A program made the position numbers and the translations under genes. The notes beneath the pieces are model-generated. The model had not been told where the DNA came from. It did not search any database and worked only from the letters and a program-made list of their open reading frames with translations. Below, piece by piece: positions 23,082-36,686 of a DNA stretch of 64,000 nucleotides. This DNA is from Laetmonice hystrix. Its lineage: Eukaryota. The stretch spans positions 7,130,001 through 7,194,000 of the forward strand of contig OZ249446.1 in assembly GCA_965235115.1 (NCBI GenBank), written 5' to 3'. Within the stretch, counting starts at the first letter, position 1. The number at the start of each line of letters is the position of its first letter.

Positions 23082-25399
23082 TGAGACTAGAGAACATCTT
23101 CAGCTGCTGCAGATTTCTTCTACCGGCAGTTAGATATTGAAGCGGAGCAATTATTAGGAAAAGAAGACGAGCATACTTTTATATTCTCCATGCATATTAA
23201 TGCTTATGATGATGGACTTGCTGTCATTTTTGTAGCAGTCAAGATGTGGCAAAAGAGAAATCTTATCACTTCGCATACAAATCGTAAAGATGCAGTCACG
23301 CATGGCAGTGGCACTGTCTAGCCACTGGTCTGTATTAATGAATGTGTATATATTGTTTGAATGTTGCAATGATTGAAGGGCAGACGATAGGGGGTAGGCA
23401 GCAGGAAGAAGGATGGAATGAGGGGAAAAAATGTGATTGACTCAGGGTGTGATTTTCATGGTAGGCATAGGTCAACTTATACCAAACCCAGGCAGTCAAG
23501 ATATGCATTCGAAGATCCTCTTCTCTTTCAGCTTCAGATGAGTGAAGGAAGGAGATAACCAGTAGAAAAACACGCGGCAGTTTCAGCAATGGAATACATT
23601 CATTACCCATTGACGAGTATTTACATAACAAACCTTGTTGAACGTGCCTAGATAAATTAGCATATGGTTGATCAGATTTAAAGAGAACATCGCTATGTTT
23701 GGTTTTCCAAGTTCTCTTCTTTTTTTCTGTGCCTTCAACAAAAATCGAGAGTTGAAGTGACATTTTGTTGCCAGCATTTTGTTTTGTCAAGATACGTGAT
23801 ACTGGTGCCAGTATATCCTGTTATAAATAGAACCGAAAGTTAGGAACAATGCAATCCGATGTCTACGTTATGTTGAATACATGTGTCACTAGTTATTACA
23901 GCAATAATCCAAATTTTATTTTTATTATGATTTCCTTCCCAGGATTTGCTTATAGGGTAGTTGAGAAGTTCCTTATGTTAAGTCATATTTTATCTAATTT
24001 AAGCTAAGTTTCTCCATAGTTGTGTACTTTGTATAATCATCTTCATGATTATTCTAATATGACATCAGTGATTGAACAACAAGCAAGTATCAGAATGAGA
24101 CAGGAAAAGATATGGATCAAATGGCATTACTGCTGCATGATACTAAACCACCCTTATTTAGACTTTAAATTTACTGGAGGGTGTTTCTGTTGCCTGGAAT
24201 GGAATGGTGGGAATACCAAAGTATTGTACATTTTAGATACTACATCATAAGGATATTTTAGATTTATTTTCATGGTCATGACATGATCACCTCATAAACG
24301 AAAGGATGTTCGCAGACAAAATCAAGCAATCGTTTACCAGAATTTTACTGGAAGTAGACTATACCAATGTCTACTGTACTCTAGCGTTATTGACCAATCT
24401 TTATTCGCATTGCCGAGCTTGGCACACTGTTGGCTCTGGCCTGTTCAGTTGTGTCGGTTCACCCAGTAAATTATGATTGGGTTGGGGTCGGGCCACGCGC
24501 CAGGATGTAACACACAGATAGGTTACCAGATCGAGGCTCATCCCTGTCACGTGACATCTGGCTGTTGACCTTGTTGCATGTATTGTTATTTACAAAGTAA
24601 AGCTTAGTAGGTCGCTATCATGACTAAGGCGAAGTGAAAAGAACAATCGGTACCATGTAAGTATAAGAAATAAAGTAAGGAATAACTCATTATTTATTCA
24701 AATGTTTTGTCTTGTTAAATCAAGCCAGGGTCGGGGCACTTGGATATCAAAATATGCCGTCAAACCATGGTCTTAGGTTGAAGGTTTGAGGGTGATTTTG
24801 TTAACGGCAAGTCGAGTTTATTATTGTGTACCCCAGTAATACCCCTTATACGAGATGGGTCCCCATTTTGCCAAACTGACTTTATCGTAAACTCGTGTTC
24901 AGGCTGGACACACTACTACTGTATCACAATACACTTTTATGATAAACACCTTTTATTACCTAGCCTCTATAAACTACATTTTATAATGTAGGTAGACTTG
25001 ATACAAAGTAAATGTGTGTGAACGGGAGAGAGATCATCACACATTTGACAAAAACTAATTACACGTAATAGATACATAGAGTTATTCCATCATACAGTAC
25101 CGTCGTAAGGCAAATTGATCTCTTCTATTTGATTGCGCTGCAGGTTTTCCCCGTGCCATATATACAAAAACACGTAGTTATTATATTATCTAAATGTCGA
25201 CAGACCGTTCACGCCAAGTTGTCCTCTAGAAACACATGACGCGATTGTGAAAAGCTCCTTGTGGTGTTTAACACGAGCGAACAAACCTGAAGCTCAGGCG
25301 ACGGGCACCTTCAGCTGTGTTCACATACTCACTGAAAACCATTACGAGATTTTTATAATCGCTTCGCATCGCGTTATAACGGTTGGTGCCACGTAGTCG

Positions 25400-25757
25400 T
25401 CAGTACCGTTCCATTGACTGCTGCGCCGCGCCCCCGCCGATGTACTGTGCCTCCTGTGTGGGAAAGTAATCCGAAAATCGAGCGAGTTCATGTCACCAAG
25501 GGCCAATATAGGTCCACATGTTTAATACCAAATATAGGCCTACCCGTCTTGGGGCCTAATTTGTTTTTAAGGACAAGTGCTAGTGTGAGGCCAAAAATTG
25601 GTTTGAGACAGATTTTTTTTAAATTTTGCAGATAAACAGAGTATGTTGTCCTCTTTCAAAATTCAGCAAAAAAATGATACCTCACCGGCTTAGTTTTTTT
25701 GTTAGGAGCGTTTGAAGTTGGTATTTTCTTCATGTTAATGAATACAGTTTACAATTA

Positions 25758-25788
<31 letters not shown>

Positions 25789-28573
25789 TTTTTGTCAGAA
25801 CGGTGTTATGACAAATAGAAGTGGTTAAAAAAAAAAAAAAAAAAGAGAGAAAAAAAAAAATTTGACTTTGAACATTTTCACTGGAGTAAATGAGCAAAAA
25901 GTGAAAAAGTTCAAAATCAAACTTTTTTTTTTTTTTTTTTTTTTTTAACCACTTCTATAACTTGGAGACCGTTATGACAAATAGAAATGGTAAAAAAAAA
26001 AAAAAAAAAAAAAAAAATTCTAAACAGTAATTAGTAATTAACATGACGAACAAATCAATTTCAAACGCTCTTAACAAAAAAAGTAACCTGGTGAGGTATC
26101 ATTTTTTTGCTGAATTTTGAAAGAGGACAACATACTCTGTTTATCTGCAAAATTTAAAAAAAATCTGTCTCAAACCAATTTTTGGCCTCACACTAGCACT
26201 TGTCCTTAAAAGGCCGACATAGAGTTTAGACCTTTATAATATGACAGCCATTGGCGGATCGAGGGAGCGTTACAGGGGTTGCAACCCCCCTAAAAATCTA
26301 AACATACAACGTAAATTTTGTATCGGCCTTAACGTAGCAAAGCCGAAGGCGGAGAACCAATCTGTTAGCCCCCCCCCCCAACAATCCTTGATACGCCACT
26401 GGGGACCCCCATTGAAAATTGTAGATACATGTCACTTACCGCTGCTGTCTGAACAATCGTGCAGAGTGGGCAGAACAAGTAGAGAACTAAATCCCACAAA
26501 CAAGAACCCTGAAACAGTAATTGAAAAACTGGTTATTATATATTATCCGCATGTATACAAACAGACAGCTCTGAATGCGAATGGCTGGAGATTATAGGGC
26601 TACCGTGATAGTGCCTGGATCCGCGTGTGTTATGTAAATTGTCGAACGTCAAGTTGACACCAGAACGAATTATATACGATAGACCCCTTTTAGTAAAAAT
26701 TTTTAAATTTTACCCTTATCTTAGTGACTTTCCTTATCCGGGTTAGGCCTATACTGTAGCTTACAGTGGCGGATTTAAGTGGGGGCGGGGGTTAGTGAGT
26801 TTGAGTTTGCACATCACATGTACAACCCCCCACACACACCTTCTAAAGGGATGTAGCAATACAACCCGTACCCCGTCAGTGGGCTCAATCTGCAGCAAGG
26901 TTCCAAATCAGTTGTCTGTCGATTGGTTATCGTGTGTTCTCCAGACGCCAGATCTTCGAACGGTATATGGCTTGGACCAACTGTAGCACCAGTCCCCCCC
27001 CCCCCCCTTTTTAAATAGGTTACTCTCAATTTTTAGTTACTCTCAGCTCCATACAAGTGATAGTAAAAAGTGTCCTGAGACACCCTAGCCCCAGAACCTG
27101 ATTCCTCCGTGATCATCTCAGGTGCCATCGGTTGCTGGAATAGCTCACAATACGTAATACGTCAGTATCGTATCGTGGCACGAGTGTATCCTTTCAGCCC
27201 CAGGTCTAAATCCCATGAAAGAACGGATCACCTAACTTTTGTACAAAGCGTCATATACCATACTTTAATAGATCTCTTGCAGACTGGCAGAAGACGATGC
27301 CTTTAGAAGGTGTTACTATAGCTTGCCCCAGCTGAACACCTCAGACGCGCCTGGCATGGGCAAAACTGCACAAATGTCAGAAATCTATACAATCGGCGGG
27401 GGCGTGATCCAAAGGGTAAATTATGTCTGGCCGCCTAATCTTTTTAATTATTTACCACGTGTAGGTCTGACCGTCGGCTGGCAGAGATTAACTAAGGGTA
27501 TACGGCTACCAACTAATGCAACTAATGAAATACCATAAAACGTAAGTCAAAAATAAGGTCCAAAATACGTTAAGCTCCCTGCCAGAGAAGGCTGTGGCTA
27601 TAACGCAAGGGAGTTCGATTCCATATATCCTCCTGACTTTTATAAATGTGATATATAGCTTGGAGAAAGCCCCCGTATCGAGAGTTTGGGGCTTTACCCG
27701 ATAGTTAACCCGGCCCTCTTTACCCCCCCCCCCGTCCCAAAAGAACTCGAAGAAATCCTGGATCCTGTGTGCAATGGTGGAGGGGTAGGGGCCTACTGCT
27801 CTAAACCTCTACATATAGACCTATCTCTTCCAAAGGCACCAGTCCTAACAGTCTTGTGTTGATCACTATAGCCACACACGCATTCATAATTTATACGATT
27901 ACACGGCCCAGATATTACGTTCAAGGAAGTTGCCATCGTGAAATATCAACACAAAAGTCAACTGTAAAGCTTCCCCGATACTGGGAACCTATATAGTCCC
28001 ATGCCTAGAAATAGGCCTATATTACATGCTCTAAGTTACAGATGATGCTATAGTATAGCAAATTTCACTCGAAGAGAAAAATAGTTTTATTTAATTGCAA
28101 CGTGGTGATCATTGCATGCACGGATACAATCAGAAGGTTTTTTTCATTTTAATTATCTCCTTTTATTATGCCTACTCTTATGTTTAGATTTGGAATGCTC
28201 TATTTCTCCAGTGACTCGCACCACTTCTCAATGTTTCCTGTAACATATGCCTAATTTGCCTATATAGATTATAACATGAATTAGGCCTACTATAATATAA
28301 TTGTATTAATTACAGACACAAACTTGTATACCAGTTTGACGTCAATGATTTAATACTAACCTCTATACCCCGAACGTCTCGAACCTTTCCTCTCACTGTC
28401 ACGGTGGTCCAGCAGTTTCCTATCGGAAACAGGAACAAAAAACCGCAGCAAAAGCAACTTTCGCCAACCTTCTCGGCCACCTGACCTACCACCACACATG
28501 GTACAAAATACGTTATGATGCAAATTCCACAGTTGTCGAAACAACCACAGAAGCTGTGCTGCCACGACGCCAT
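25400..28573 (-). CDS. PLAC8: PLAC8/cornifelin-family cysteine-rich protein, 111 aa (family-level call)
   Basis: Exons (minus): 28573-28361 (MASWQHSFCGCFDNCGICIITYFVPC...RGKVRDVRGIE), 26508-26440 (GSCLWDLVLYLFCPLCTIVQTAA), 25453-25400 (EAQYIGGGAAQQSMERY*). All phase 0, GT-AG. W..FCGCF.NCG.C and CP.C..VQ are hallmark PLAC8-domain motifs. Confidence 0.9.
25571..26205. mobile_element. Kolobok-like MITE (TTAA TSD), almost wholly palindromic
   Basis: TTAA|GGACAAGTGCTAGTGTGAGGCC...GGCCTCACACTAGCACTTGTCC|TTAA; the inverted arms pair over about 220 bp. Confidence 0.85.
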
Positions 28574-28712
28574 CTGTAGCGTCAGCGAGCGTCCGGTAAA
28601 CGGTCTTCAGGAGGGTATTGTCCTTTACCGAACGTCGGCTTCGTCTGCCCAGCTCTGCGCTCTACAGGCGCCCAAGCCATCGTTGATTGGTGATGTCTGG
28701 CTGAAGAACATG

Positions 28713-28720
28713 TTTATATA
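28713..28720 (-). promoter_or_regulatory. Probable TATA box of the PLAC8-family gene
   Basis: Minus strand TATATAAA about 140 nt upstream of the ATG. Confidence 0.4.
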
Positions 28721-29474
28721 GCAACGCCCTATACATCAGCATTGCACAACCGAGCTGGGTGCTCTGCCTTCACTTTAGCACTCGTCCATAGTGGGCTGAT
28801 GTAACAACTTCTGACCCAGAGGAATAATTCCCAAGAGGGTTCAACGGGTTGGCGGGAACCCTGATGGCCTATATTATATGACTTTGGATGAGCTATCTCG
28901 CGACAACGCCTGCAAACCTCTCCTCGAGGACGATCATAGGCCCTAAAGCATAAAAAAGCTCACCAATGGACTGGTCGAGATTTTCAACGACACCAAACAA
29001 CTATGAAGGTCACCATAGAAATGATGACGAACCAGAGTAAGCAGGATCTTTAGAAACCAAGAAATGAATTAACCACCATGAACAGAACATTATGACCTGC
29101 TCGTAACCTCTTGGAAATAATCATTTAATTCCCATTATTTTCTGCTGGCCTAGATTTTGTACAAGGCGTAAATTCTATGACCCGCCCGAAACATCATGTG
29201 AATAGTTATTTTGAAGAAACCTCTAAATGTGTTTACATCCAAAATGGCTGCCAAGCAGCCATTTTGAATGATATCACAAATCTATTTTAAGTCATCATCC
29301 TCAGACCACTCTTGGTCATTGACTAAAGTTTCAGGCAAACTGACCGATATATACACTTCTGAGAAATCATTGTCCACGGACGGGCATTCGTATCGAAGTA
29401 AAGTTAGAAGGCCCTGCCCCTTAGGTTGTAAAAATTCACATAGCCCACTAAAATCGATTGCCTTCAGTACCTAA

Positions 29475-29822
29475 CAGGGTGACCACAAATTTCATTTTCC
29501 CTGTGTTTTCCCCGTCCCACAATATATTATTTTCCTTGTGATGTTTTGCAGAAACACAGTATTTCCTAGGTGGCAATCCCATCTCACTCGTGTAAGGTAG
29601 CCAAAGGGGGTCACTTATGGGGGTTGTGCCCTCAAAGCCCCCTACCTCCCCCTTCAAATAATAATGCTGCCTTTTCACTTTTTTTCGCTTGCCTAATTAT
29701 TAATCCTTGGCTGTCAAAATCTACCGACCCCCATGTGTTTTGGGGATTTTTTCAAATTCCCTGTTTTCCCTGCAGGGATTTTAAAAAAAATCCCCCGTTT
29801 TCCCTGTGCTGTGGTCACCCTG
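29475..29822. mobile_element. MITE with hAT-like termini
   Basis: TIR CAGGGTGACCAC / GTGGTCACCCTG, internal TTTTCCCTG subrepeats; no recognisable TSD. Confidence 0.65.
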
Positions 29823-30042
29823 GCCAAATGTATACCTTGAAATTAAAAAAAAATCTCACGGGCCTTCACTCGCCATGTTTGACCTGTAACAGATCGAATC
29901 CCTAACGAATAGGTTTTCTGGATTTGACTTTTGGGCTGTTACTTTTAAAATTAAATTCTGCCCATTGCGTGTTTAAAACCAGGAGGTGACTTCTCGAGTA
30001 CGAGGACCATCAGCCAGATAGGTGCACATTATATCAGTTTGC

Positions 30043-30246
30043 AAGGTCAAGAAATCAACGATCATCTTAGTAACGGGACGCTGAAGGTTAAGAAATCACC
30101 GATCACCTTGGTAACGGGACGCTAAAGGTCAAAAAATCAATGATCACCTTGGTAACGGGACGCTGAAGGTTAAGAAATCAACCATCACCTTGGTAACGGG
30201 GCGCTGAAGGTCAAGAAATCAACCATCACCTTGGTAACGGGACGCT
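30043..30246. repeat. 41-bp tandem repeat, 5 copies
   Basis: GTAACGGG at 30070, 30111, 30152, 30193 and 30234; unit AAGGT(C/T)AAGAAATCAACCATCACCTTGGTAACGGGACGCTG. Confidence 0.95.
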
Positions 30247-31150
30247 TTAAGGTATCACGTCCCCGTATGAGAAACAAACCAAAAACAAAAGTAATTTTCT
30301 TAAACATTCTTTATTAGATTTTGTCACACTAACTGATCTGCCAGTACCAAGACTAACAGGATTAATCACCTGGAGGTACACCTTCGGGTTCATCTGAAAG
30401 AGTACAGGGAATATGAAACTAAAATAATGATTCTATCGTACAGGTCCCTTTCTGAGTCCCGTCCAGGAATATTTCGGAAACATCCAACATACATACACAG
30501 AGGACTTAAATCACGAATCTGAAGCCGGTTTTTGCACGGTGACGAAGTTAACCTACAGGCAGTCAGTCCACGGAGGCCTTTTATATAATATATACATCTA
30601 TTAACACCACTGACACACCAGTCTGCTTGCTGGATGCGAATCTTAAGTGTATTATGCTTATTCATCATAAAAAAAAATATCCAAAAAAATCGCGAGTACC
30701 TGGCCTTAACATCGACATATTCATTAAACTAAATGCATTTTCTATTTTAATGTGCACGTTCTAGATTTTAGCTTGGTTTCATTTAACATTTTAACGACTG
30801 AACTGGGTAGCTGGCGCGTTCAAAATTATTTTTAATAAGAGTATCATAAACGTGCTACATTTTGACCGCCTTTGATATTTACAAACATGTATCTATCAAT
30901 GCCACCATTTGATCTGGACTAACATGCAACATGCCCACTTGATGCGCTAACTTGAGTTCCTTGACATCCTGTTGACAAAAATACAAATCCGCGATTATTA
31001 TGTACACTGATATTCCATACTGAACTTTGACCCCTCATTTACGTCATTCTTATATACGGCATACTGATCCGAGCCGTACCTGCGGTAAATATGGGCTAAT
31101 CGTCAATGAAGATGATTGGTGCACACACAATCACACCTGAATAGATGCAG

Positions 31151-31295
31151 ATTACCATGGCAACAGTTTCAACAGAAAGTCGGAAAACAGAGGGTGCAAA
31201 GTTTCCTTTCGCTCTCAGGTGTCGGAATACGAAGTAACAGGAAGATATGTTTGCACTGCCCATTGGGCACGAGATCCAAGGGTATCCATGGTAAC
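31151..31295. promoter_or_regulatory. Two RFX X-box-like palindromes
   Basis: ATTACCATGGCAAC at 31151-31164 and GTATCCATGGTAAC at 31282-31295. Confidence 0.4.
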
Positions 31296-34200
31296 AAGGG
31301 CCAAGATGAGGCCAAGCCAATGCCTAAAGATTTCACCAACACAAGGACTGTCGTTATACTCGACTTGTACTTGTACAAGCCATGACTGAATTTCGACCGG
31401 AAGACCTCGAAGAGCATTCCTACCACTTTTTTGGCCTCTCTGGCAAAAAGATCTCGGATTCTTACCGACAATAATAGGTCGTTTTATTTCGAGTAAATAT
31501 TATATATCTGAATCTCACCATTATATACAGAGTAAACGTTTCTGACACAAAATGTTAGGTTATAGATAGGCCTACCTTCTGGAACGGAAAATCACAAATT
31601 TTGAACGAGAGGGACCATTTTTTTTAGACCCTCGACAAAAACATCAGTCACACCCATATGCGATGGAACCGTTAGAACCTAAACGATCTCAGAATGAATT
31701 CAGAGAAGTGACAATCTAGAACGTCATATCATATTGTTAACCAAAATTCGGGACAAAATCTCAGCCACATGACAGAAAAACTGACTATTTACACAAATCA
31801 ATGATGCGAATTTATATTGATAAAAAAAGAAGGTGAACGTCGATACGAGGAACATCCTGTCCAGACATGTTTTGTTGAAGACACCATGGCCTACTCGACA
31901 TTTCAAAACATACGGCACACATACACACACCACTGACTATCAGCACCACTTGTGAGTACACGAGCATAAACACCTTACTGATTGGAAAAAATACACCGAC
32001 ATGATAATCACAGGGAGAAAATCGCAACAAGACACTCCAACGATGAAGTTAACCAGCACCAACGAGAAATAACCTTGAAATTGTCTTTCTACCCTCACAA
32101 AGACTTTAAATGGATTCAATACGGTATCGTCAACTATAGTGAGAATGAACACTACCATTCATAACAAGGAACTGCCGACAAACACACACCAGTGGACTGT
32201 CAAGCAAGCTATCTGTAATGATGTAAAACGGGCGACACGGGGACACTAGAACTAAACAATGTCATGGAATTTAACATTAATATGCAGCTAAAAATACTGG
32301 AAAAATATGCAATAAGCTGTTCGCATCTGTTTTGTTCAATTACGAGGGGTGTTGGACAGCTTTGCGAAAAAATAGAGGAAAGACAGGTTAAAAAGGATCA
32401 CTTAAATATATTTGGTAAAATATTTAACCCCTGCCGGTACATATTGTTAACGCAACACTTGCAAATAGAAAATGCACCCCTATAATGCATTTAATTATTT
32501 TTCAGAACTATGTCGGAATTGAAGACAATAGGAAACTTGCAGATGATCTGCCATCTGTTGACTGTAAACGAGGAACAGTTTGGGACTGTGTCATGTTTCG
32601 ATCATAAATCGTACAAGTTTTGCAAACGTCGAATAGCGGAAACGATTCATCACTTCAAAACATGCACCGTATTCTTACCAGATCAGTTTATCGGTACAAA
32701 TCATTGGATGATCGAACAAACCCCTCGATGTTCAATAACCGATTCTAAGTGTGTCAACTTTGCTGGAAACAGATTTAATGACATAACCTTGAAAATTCTG
32801 AATCTAGTTAAATCCACCGTTTTCTGAATCCAGTACACTCCTAGGCATAATACACGGTACATATTTCAGTCTGTAGGTCGACCTCCACGAGTATAAATAC
32901 TTGAGCAATTTACCGTTCTCACTGCGCAGTGCTGTAGGAGAAATGATGTGGTACAGGTTATCAAACAAATGTTTTAAGTCTTTCACTTTTTTGGCAAGGA
33001 GGATATCAACTAGTACTTGGGCCCCATGTAATAATACTTCACCTATCTGCGATGGCACAAGAAATATAATACCATTCATATACATATATGCCTTCGAGAG
33101 ATAACTACGTATTTCAGCCTTCCGTATCTGATGTGTTACCCCTAACCTGGCATAGAAGGCATGAAGGTTAAATTTATACCGTACTTGTGTATCTGTAAAG
33201 CATTTCAACATTTCGTTTTCCAGAATTTGGCTTTTGACTAAATGGTATTAGTGTGACAAGCACACGGTTTGAAAGAAAACCATGGTATGGGGACACGCAC
33301 ACTGTCACATTCACACAATGGGTTCGAACGCTCTATCATTGCTGTAAACACATCTTGTCGTCACCTCAAACTTTACCGCACAAAATCCAACAAACCACAA
33401 TCGCATTACTTTAGCATAAGATTTAACAGTCTAACAAACATGTTAAAATGGGACTATGTATAGATTTGAAACTTTCATTAATTTTATATCACTAGTATTT
33501 AGCAATCTGTTATGAAGGACTTACAACCGCTCAAACCAGCCATATGGTCAACGTCTCCCAGGTTACCGTTCGTTTTAACAAGGTCCGGGTAGTTCCGGCC
33601 TTACCCACCAGGAGGACATGAGAGTGAACCTGACCACCCAACGACATGGACGCAGTCACTAAGCAACCAGTTATACCATACACTTCTCCGACAATCAACC
33701 ACTTTTTCTACTATCAACGCACTCAAGTTCCTCTACCTGTTCTCGACAGGTCAAATCAAATCTCATGAATTCATCACTTTGGGGATTCAACTTAAATTGG
33801 TTGAAAACTTTTATGGAGGTTGTTAAGTTTTCAATGAATAAAGAAAATCACGAATTTGTCCAATCTCATTCTGTTTGGGGCTCCTCTCTTGTGGTATGCT
33901 ACACCTTCTGCTGAGGTGTATAATGAATCAATGTTTTCACGATGTATTCATGTGAAGTATATGAATATAACCCGATTACATGAAAACCTGTTACCTCTTG
34001 GAATGGACCAAGTGGATACAAACGTCTCCAATAACAGTGAAGTTTGTGAAATATTTCCACAACCATCCATGGGCCTTCATCCAAGTCGCGATATCAACTG
34101 AGCATCGCCACTACTGATAATATCCTGGTCCTACATACTGTTCCCACATCCCTTAACAATCTCGGTGTGACAGGGCCCACAGCAACATACTGAAGATGAA

Positions 34201-36686
34201 ACGCATGCACTAAATCCAGATTACAAATCACTCGATTCCATAACATATATACACAAGCTATCAACAAAATATAGGCATACATTTAATAACGAGCGCATTA
34301 TTCATAGGAAAGAAGGGGGGGGGGGGGCATGTGTTCAACTCTATTTTCTGTAAGTTCACGTTGTTCATCCATTCCAAACTCTCTATGGAGACGTGCGGTA
34401 TGACACTGAACGTGTACATCCTGTGTAACAACAAGAATCAAGCTTAAATATTACGAATTCTGCGGGTATGACGTCACTACCGCATTCTTCCGATATGACG
34501 TCACCACCGCATTCTGCCGGTCAGCGTCGTACGCTTATAATCACCGTTTTATCAACAACCCATCGTGATCGTGCTATGGCGTGAAATCATGAAAAATCCG
34601 AACCGTCGGTGATGTACGCTAGTAATGACGAAACGACACCTTCCATTACGACATAGCGGTGACGTTTGACCGATCAAAGCACTCTATGGCAAGCCAAACG
34701 TGTCAAAACACATCGGGCAGGTTTCATTCATCGCTACTGGTGGCAATATTATTTCATATTCGGCAACTAAAATTGAAATTTCACCGCATTTCTCCCGATA
34801 GTGACATAGCAGAACATCAAAGTGACCACCTTAACATCTGGTATTGTGGGAATAAATGAGATATACAGGTTAAATATAGAGAAATTAATGAACAAACGTG
34901 AAACTAAATTAAAATCTGGGACCTTCTAAAGCACCAGACCAGCTTACAATATTGTATTTCTATACAGTTATATACAATATTGCACACTAGGCTTCTATCG
35001 CTTTGAACATAGCTTAATCACTTTTCAGTGCCTAATCAATGATTAATATAGGAATTGTGACGCCTGATTTTATGGTTTCTTATAATACCGTAGATCTTTG
35101 TACACTGTGGACCGCTGCTGACGACCTTACGCCGACAATTTCGTCTAAGCTGTGTGCAGATTTTGTATATAAATATATACAGGTGCGTGCGAGTGTGACT
35201 GTACTGGTCGGGCCAGACCTGACCTGATATTTGTATAAGTAGTTTGATGCGGTACTCGCGGTCATTTGGAATGTGGCAAACATGATCGTAGTACCCTGTT
35301 TCTGACACAATCCATGTTTCCCTACCCTAGAGGCTTCCAAACGCTGTGTATGTGTGTACGTCTCTCAGTACACCCGCTTGATCAAAGCGGGTATATTGCC
35401 CTATATAACATGGATATAAGTTATAACATTTAACATGCTAGGGCGCGTTGAACTAGGGCTGAATGGCACAATAAACTTGCGAACAGTTGTAAAAAGCGTT
35501 CCACGACTCCACAATATCCATCCCATAACACACGCCCCTGACGCTTCTACTCGAGATGGCGTCACGTCAAGGCGTCTTCACGCTTCTACTTGGAATGACT
35601 TCCCCAAACTAACACACCAACTTAACGTATCGCTGGTCGGGATTAGCTCTCCACCTTCAATTAGTTTTAAGTGTACGGTGTCGCAAAAGGACATAGATTC
35701 TCGGGCTCTGACCACATACCGTTCGGTATATTTGGACAGGAAAGAACAGGACCTTATTCTAGCGTTTGTGCGGTCTCCAGCATACCGATCTAGATGGCAT
35801 GATACCGTGAAAAACAAAGCGACCAGGTTATTCAGTCTGCCCTCGAGGACTGCAGCAGTGACTCCTTAAGGAAACTGATTCCATCTAACATACTCTTGAC
35901 ACGTGAGGTCTGGGGAGCCAATCAGATTCGCTGGCGACCAGGACAAACAGGAAACCTTTGGGACTGGTGTCTGTCTCACCACAGTCGTTCATGAAAATAT
36001 GTATGTTCCGGAGCTTCACATTTAACATAGCTGCACTATGCATCGCAAACTGTACGGATGAATGCCTATGTACAAGTTTAAGGAAACCTCTAATAGTAGA
36101 AACAAAGAATTTGTCTCAAGGTACTGTGACCTTAAAGATAGCGTTTCTAGGATGCTTATCGTAAAACAGATCTTCAAAATGTGAACTGGCAGCAAATGAA
36201 TCAGTAGGCAGAGCTTAGGAGCACAGAGAACACATGAGAATATGCTGGCTGCCTGCCCGTACATAATCTTTAACAGCTCTTTAAGATATCAGAAGATTTA
36301 ATCAATTATCTATGTGGAAATAATCCGATACGAGCCCTCCGAGGCTATCAACTGTACCCTGATATTGGTATGGGAACAATATCCTTGTATTGTCTTCTCT
36401 GCTACGTATTAAAAGGCAGTACTTGTCTGCACATACATATCATGCATTGTATGAATAATCTTACTACCTGTACAAATAAAGAGTATTTTCAATGAAGCAT
36501 TTCGGACAGCACAACGTTTTTCTCTGTTGATGAAGTTGAACCGAGGTCATAAGACTGATTCCCCTGGGACTATCCGCACATTCAAGTAACCCCTGGCTAA
36601 GCCACATGGTGGCCTAAAATAATTATTGGTAGTAAACATCAACTTCAAGGTATGTGAACAGTTATCAGCAAAGGTATAGTGCCCAT

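Noticed and set aside
27585-27635. tRNA-like B-box GTTCGATTCC
   Set aside because: No cloverleaf or A-box can be built; at most a SINE remnant.
31096-32160. Hydrophobic minus-strand ORF fragments vaguely resembling GPCR helices
   Set aside because: No DRY, NPxxY or other diagnostic motif. A G/T-rich strand yields hydrophobic translations by composition, and several frameshifts would be needed. BLASTX would settle it.
32510-33211. Adjacent 105-aa (+) and 135-aa (-) ORFs sharing codon phase
   Set aside because: Stops occur in both strands of the shared frame, with no family motif or splice context; probably UTR or intergenic.
35435-35869. 144-aa plus-strand ORF
   Set aside because: No recognisable domain; it lies antisense in the probable FMNL 3' UTR.
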